Source of the DNA: Nemertoderma westbladi
Lineage: Eukaryota > Animalia > Xenacoelomorpha
Direction: 5' to 3'
Length of the DNA: 64,000 bases
NCBI GenBank assembly: GCA_032718475.1
Contig: JAUCBJ010004334.1
Location: 62,001 to 126,000 of the forward strand
The notes beneath the pieces are model-generated. The model saw nothing but the letters and a program-made list of their open reading frames with translations. It was not told where the DNA came from and searched no databases. Below, in pieces: positions 58,401 through 64,000 of the stretch. Both the position numbers and the translations under genes were made by a program. Position 1 is the stretch's first letter; every line of letters starts with the position of its first letter.

Positions 58401-61400
58401 ATGTCTGACACTCAGCAAAACCTGTCAGACAGTCTGATCGATACAACTATCTGTGACTCAGATAGGAGTGTGGAGCGATTAAGAAAGGAGTTCAGCTCAC
58501 CTCCTACTGCAAAAAAGGTCATCCCTCCAGTAGTATCAGACCCTAGGCTAATCCACCATAGGTCCATCATAGGCACTCGGGCACAGGTCAAACGGAACCA
58601 AGAGGCAGTTGTCCCATCGCAGCAACATCTTGGTCAAGAACCTACTTCCCAGCGACCCGATAGCTCCAGCAGTTCGGATACTGTAGAGCTGACCCCCGAA
58701 CGCGGAGTGCAGATGGCTGCTACAGTCTACTCGGACCCCCTTCTTACCCTTCCTGCTGCAGTGCTAACTACTATATTCATTGCGGTGGAGGAACATCAAG
58801 CCGACTGGGCGAGGAATAAGCGAGCGACCCAAGATAATTATGCGGGATACGCCAGGGAAGAATTAATGTCTATTGTCGAGTCACAATGGAACTTTCCCGG
58901 ACTCGGACTCCCGTTGGATCTGTCTGAGGCTACTTGGGAAAATATACACAGGATGGGAGTGGCAAAAGATACAATGGATCCAGCTGTTTGGAAGAGGTCG
59001 GCAGCAGGATATGTGCAGGGATTCTTAGGCTCCTTGGAGCGATTGGAAGAACAACTGTTTCGACAACCTCAAGGACCTCAAGAGCAGGAAGAGCTGCTAT
59101 ACCAAATACGCGAAAGAACCCTACGCATACGACTAATCCTCTCAGCATTTGAGGAAACTTCCAAAAGAAGACCGGACACGTCGCTGCAGGTTGCTGTCAA
59201 AACTTGGTTACATCGGGTAGATCTTAAAGTACAGGAAACGGCCCAGTGGAAATCCCAGCTGGCTGAGAGATCAACCTATGAAGAACAAACTGATGTCACC
59301 CTTTCTCAAGCGGAAAGCGAAGAGACCGCCGAGAAACCGCGAACTAGAGACGCTATCGACATTTATTTGTCCGACTATCAGCGATTCCTAGGAGACGAAG
59401 AGTTGAGGAGACGGCTGTCTGGACTTTGCCCTAATAGTGAAGGAACCAAGCTTGTGTTGGACTCAATCGATGCGGAAATGTTAGCTGCAAACCAAGCTGA
59501 ATGTGATGAAAAACTCCGCCTCACTAGAGTCCGAGAAGAACAAGTAAAGAAATAATGGATAGAGAAAAGAAAGGTGGCAGCAGCAGCGGCAGCCGAAGCA
59601 GAAGCCGAAAGAAAGGCGGCAGAAGCAGAAGCCGAAAGAAAGTCGGCAGAAGCAGAAGCCGAAAGAAAAGCGGCAGAAGCAGAAGCCGAAAGAAAGTCGG
59701 CAAAAGCAGAAGCCGAAAGAAAGGCGGCAGAAGCAGAAGCCGAAAGAAAGGCAGCAGAAGCAGAAGCAGAAAGAAAAGCAGCAGTGGCAGAAGCAGAAGC
59801 CGAAAGAAAGGCGGCAGAAGCAGAAGCAGAAAGAAAAGCAGCAGTGGCAGAAGCAGAACGTAGAGCTTCTGAGGAGACTATCCAATTGGAGTTGGAAAAT
59901 CTGCAAGAGACGCAAGACAGTATAAATAAACAGTTTACTGCTAATCAAATGCAGATGATGAGAAAATCTACTCCCAAGCGCCAGGGATACACATCCTCGG
60001 AGGAAGGCGAGACTACCGATCCTGAAGGCGGAGGAAATAGATCTCATCTAAGTAGGTGTAGAAAAACATCTTATCGTCGCAAATTGCCTGATTTGCCCCC
60101 AGCTGTTAGAAGACAGCTAGCTAGCACAGACTTGAGTAGTATAGAACCTACAGCCCAAAGTATTAAGGTCCAAAGACTCTCTACAATAGTTGATGAGCCT
60201 GAGATAATTAGGCCAGTCGTTCCCAAAGTCACTTCTGTGTTAGAGACCCCTGTACTTCCAGAGCTTAACTCTAAATTCCCTTTACATAGTACTACACTGC
60301 CTGTACCCGGTGGAACAGTCCAAGAGAATATCCCTGTCCAGATAGCAGAGAGAGAAATCAAAAATTTGTCTCCCGTCGTCCCGCGTCAGCCCGCTACTAT
60401 GTTGGCGACTCCCGCTTCGGCGGTTGAGTGGGTGGAAGAGGGACGGCGGGGGATGAATCTCCTGCTAGGACAGATGCAGGAGACTGTCCACCAACTTAAG
60501 GGAACAGTGAGGGAAGGTAGAGCAGAGTTGCAAGAAGTGCAGCAAAGTATCGCGCTAGAACGCGACAAATTAGTCAATATACAAAAGGGCATACCAATAC
60601 CCCCTGTAACATTGTGTCAGCCTGTTAGGTCTGAAGTATTACATGCGCAAGGTGTGGAGCCTACACGCATCTATACTGCTAGTGAAGTTGAAACTCCTAT
60701 AGCAAACCCTATTAAGGGTGATTATAGACCTGTTATTAATGATATTCCCTATAGACCTGATAATGATCCGAGAAATTTATATACCGATAATTCGATATTA
60801 AATAACACGATAGCCCAAGAAAGCTTTACGCGTCAGATGGCTAGAACAGAAGCCCGCCAAGCGGTCAAAGTGGGAGAGATCGTCAAATTCAATGGAGATG
60901 AGATGAAATGGTTACCTTTCAACGAATATTACAAAGATAGCATACAGAACTCTGCACTATCTAACGGAGAGAAACTTAGATTCCTCATCAAGTGCTTGGA
61001 AGGACCTCCCAAGTTAATGGCGTTAAAGTTTATTGGACATCCAGATGGATTAAGACAAGTTTGGGATACATTAAACATCAGGTATGGTAACAAGGATAAC
61101 ATAGCTAAGTATTTGTATGCAAAATTAGTAGCCCCCCGACACTTCCTTAGTAGCGGGATTATAGAGTTTTCCGATGAAATTCAGGAGATCGTAGACAACT
61201 GGACTGGTTAGGTAAGTCGCATGAATATCAGAGTTCCATGGTTATTGGAGCCGTAGTCTCTACTTTACCAAAGGGTGGAGTATGTACACGCTGGGACAAG
61301 AAAGTGTTGTACATGAATGAACAACAACGACGAAGTCCTACCATGGCTGATCTCATGTCTTTCTTAGATAGTGAAGTAAAATTACAACTAATAAGGCAGT

Positions 61401-63118
61401 CCAGAGAGAAAACATCGGAAAATAAGGTAAGTGAGAAACCCGTTTCTAGGAGAAGGATAATACCAGTGTGTTATACTGACGACGGTGAAAGCCAAGCTTC
61501 TCAAGAAGAGGACAGCGGGAAAGACACAGCAAAATCTTACTATGACAACAAGACCTATAAAGACGTAAGTAAATACAAGTCTCGAACCAGTGACAGGAGA
61601 GAACAGGTAACAACAACTCCTCCTACGTCTCCTAAGAGAATTCACGGAAGAAAGCCCGAAGAAAGAACGAGAGTGCAGAACGTTAACCAAGTTAAGGTGA
61701 GTAACATCAAACCAAAATGTGCGCTGTGCGACGGGCCCCACCGTTTGAGTGCGTGTGCTGAATTTCAAAAGAAATCCCTTGTAGACAGACGTACAGTCCT
61801 GTGGAATAAGCGGTTATGCTATAATTGCCTCAGATCAGGACACCAACGGCGAACCTGTTACTCCGACATAAAGTGTGCAAAGTGTGGCGCGAAACATCAC
61901 ATCTTGTTACACAGTGAGTTCGAACGAGACAAACTGAGTCAGGTAAGTGAGCCCGAACTACATGTCCAATTTAGTGACGTAAACGACACTGATCAAGAGT
62001 CTGAGATGGAAGGATTCTATACTGACGAATTCTCCGACGCCAATGAATCCTGTTATCTAATAAATACCGCAGTGTATCGAGCACTTACTTACGAAAAGGA
62101 CATCAACGATGAGTTTCCCCCAACTACTTTCGCCAAACAACCATCTTGGAAAGCTCCAGCTTCCAACGTAGGAATCAGAGAATTTCCTGTAGTTCAAGTA
62201 AGAGTTCACGGTCTTAACAAAAGCTACATAGTGAACGCCCTCCTTGACTCCGGCAGCATAGGAACATTCATCGATCAAGAACTAGCCGAAGATATCTTTG
62301 CTGGACAACCCAAGTTCCGGACTAAATTGAATATGTCAGGAATTATGCAGGTTTGGAAATCTACCCTAACGGCAGATTACTATGTAGGTGTGTTGTCCAC
62401 CCCCCAGGATAAGTTAGGAACACAAGGTATAAGGTCAGTAAAAATGGTGGCTATAAAGAACTTTGCTACTACTCAAGCAGACCTTTATAATTGGGACGAG
62501 GATGAGAGCATCCAACATCTTAAGATACCTCGATTCCAGACAGATTATCCTGGAGTGCAAGTACTCATCGGCCAAAACGCGCACGAGGCGCTCGAAACAT
62601 TAGAGAAACGGCCTGCTCAACCACAGCCACTGCAAACCTATGCTGGCCCTTCCCGTAGAACTCTCAAAGAGAGATTACCTCAACAACAGGTATACCAAGT
62701 AAAGGGGGAAGTGGAGAGCAGTGATGTGGACGATCCAACTGAGGGAACACCATACTCCTCAGATAATGACGATATTAACTCCAATGTAGATCAATGGAGA
62801 CATTGCCTTGGGACGATTAATCCAGCCGACATCGCTTCCAGAGGAGCAACTCCTCAAGAACTGATAGATACTCCCAGCTGGTTAGGTGGACCCGACTCCC
62901 TAAGTAAAGAAGAAGATGAATGGCTTCCTCATCTTACCACTGCGGAGATTAGACAGGCCAAGGGAGCGGAGGAAGTAACACGACAGCCTAATCGCCCAGC
63001 TGGTCGCTTAGGTTTACTGGAAAGAGACCGAAAACTGTCCGGAAACCATGGAAGGCAAGATACTCTTCCTACGACCACTTCCCTAATTCGACAAAGATCT
63101 AGGGACTCCATAACGTAA
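58401..63118 (+). mobile_element. BEL/Pao LTR retrotransposon gag-pol remnant (RT and integrase deleted)
   Basis: DUF1759-type Gag (KFNGD...EKLRFLIKCLEG...LNIRYGN), three Cys/His knuckles, protease LLDSGS, and RNase H tail WRHCLGTINPADIASRG...WLGGP. Stop at 59553-59555 and frameshift near 61190. Confidence 0.92.
59580..59858. repeat. 27/33-bp coding repeat (AEAEAERKA)n in BEL Gag
   Basis: About 9-10 units of GCAGAAGCAGAAGCCGAAAGAAAGGCG. Confidence 0.95.
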
Positions 63119-63659
63119 TTATATATGGAGTGGGTGTGTGACTATATTATTTTATATTTTTTTATTATTACTTTATATTTATGTATGGATTATTATGTAC
63201 TTTATTATAATCGTTTTATTTAATTTTATTTAGTGGAATGTTATTTAGATTATTTAGTAGATTAGTGCAATATATTAGTGTTTATTACGTAATTACATAA
63301 TATATCTAGTGCGACAGCGAGAAATAATTCTTTTCTCTTTCCTTACTGTCCGTATTATATTATAAATGCGAGACTATAGTAAGATGACATGTCCGTACTT
63401 ATTAAAGTACAATAAAGCCACTACTATATTTAAGTATTATTGGTAGGCAGAGTATTAGGAATGCAAAGTTCAGATCCTCGTGTCTCGGCTAAACCAAGCT
63501 CTGGGTAGACCTTGGAAACGACTTGCCTCTTCACACTGACATTGCTTCGTGCGATATTGCTCTTCTACCTTATAACAAATAATACATATAGTAGCGTGAT
63601 GTCCCTCTAACAGTAGCGTAAATCGCAAATAAATCTGTTAAACTTTTTGACCATCTGTA

Positions 63660-63928
63660 ATTCTAGTCGATTAAGATATCGTGGCACCCACCGATATACT
63701 TGAAAGACAAATTCTAGAATCAGTGGTTAACGTCCCCAGACAAGTTCTGGAATAAATCGGTGCTCATCCTAAATATTAATTTAATATTTATTAAAATCTG
63801 TAAAATCCCGATCCTTTAAAATTTCTAGTCAATTAAGATATCGCAGTATTTACCGATATTCTTAGAAGGACTATTTTATAGAATTAAGGATCCTAAGTCC
63901 CCAGATATGCTCTGGAATAAAATTTGTG
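63660..63928. repeat. Diverged tandem duplication of about 162 bp
   Basis: TTCTAGTC(G/A)ATTAAGATATCG...CCCCAGA...CTGGAATAAA at about 63661 and 63823. Confidence 0.75.
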
Positions 63929-64000
63929 TCAATTTAACATCAAATAATAAAATTCACGGGAATAAATTTAAATTCATATTCAAATGAATTTCATAAATTG

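Noticed and set aside
53560-64000. LTR pair, PBS and PPT for the BEL element
   Set aside because: I could not find a direct repeat shared between the upstream region and 63120-64000, nor a convincing PBS or PPT, so the element ends are not called.

Overview
AT-rich animal (probably invertebrate) nuclear DNA made almost entirely of nested, mostly decayed transposable elements. I see no intact host gene, tRNA, rRNA or CRISPR array. Contents: several CR1-group (CR1/L2/Crack-like) LINEs, two RTE-clade LINE families, a BEL/Pao gag-pol remnant, Gypsy, Penelope, Helitron and Tc1-like fragments, non-autonomous DNA transposons (two with exact 8-bp TSDs), and many minisatellites. Most notable: (1) a 6.4-kb RTE element (18261-24696) with an intact 1001-aa EN-RT ORF. 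Its ends are fixed by a 12-bp TSD and by an empty-site paralog in the same window. It has a 2.8-kb leader with splice-like signals and a candidate HDV-like ribozyme starting at its first base. (2) An ORF fusing a signal-peptide-like start, a 2A ribosomal-skip motif and a PHD finger to a LINE ORF2 C-terminus. (3) An inverted duplication that ends exactly at a LINE tail. (4) Repeated deletions that remove the RT domain. All family calls come from motifs recognised by eye, not from database searches.
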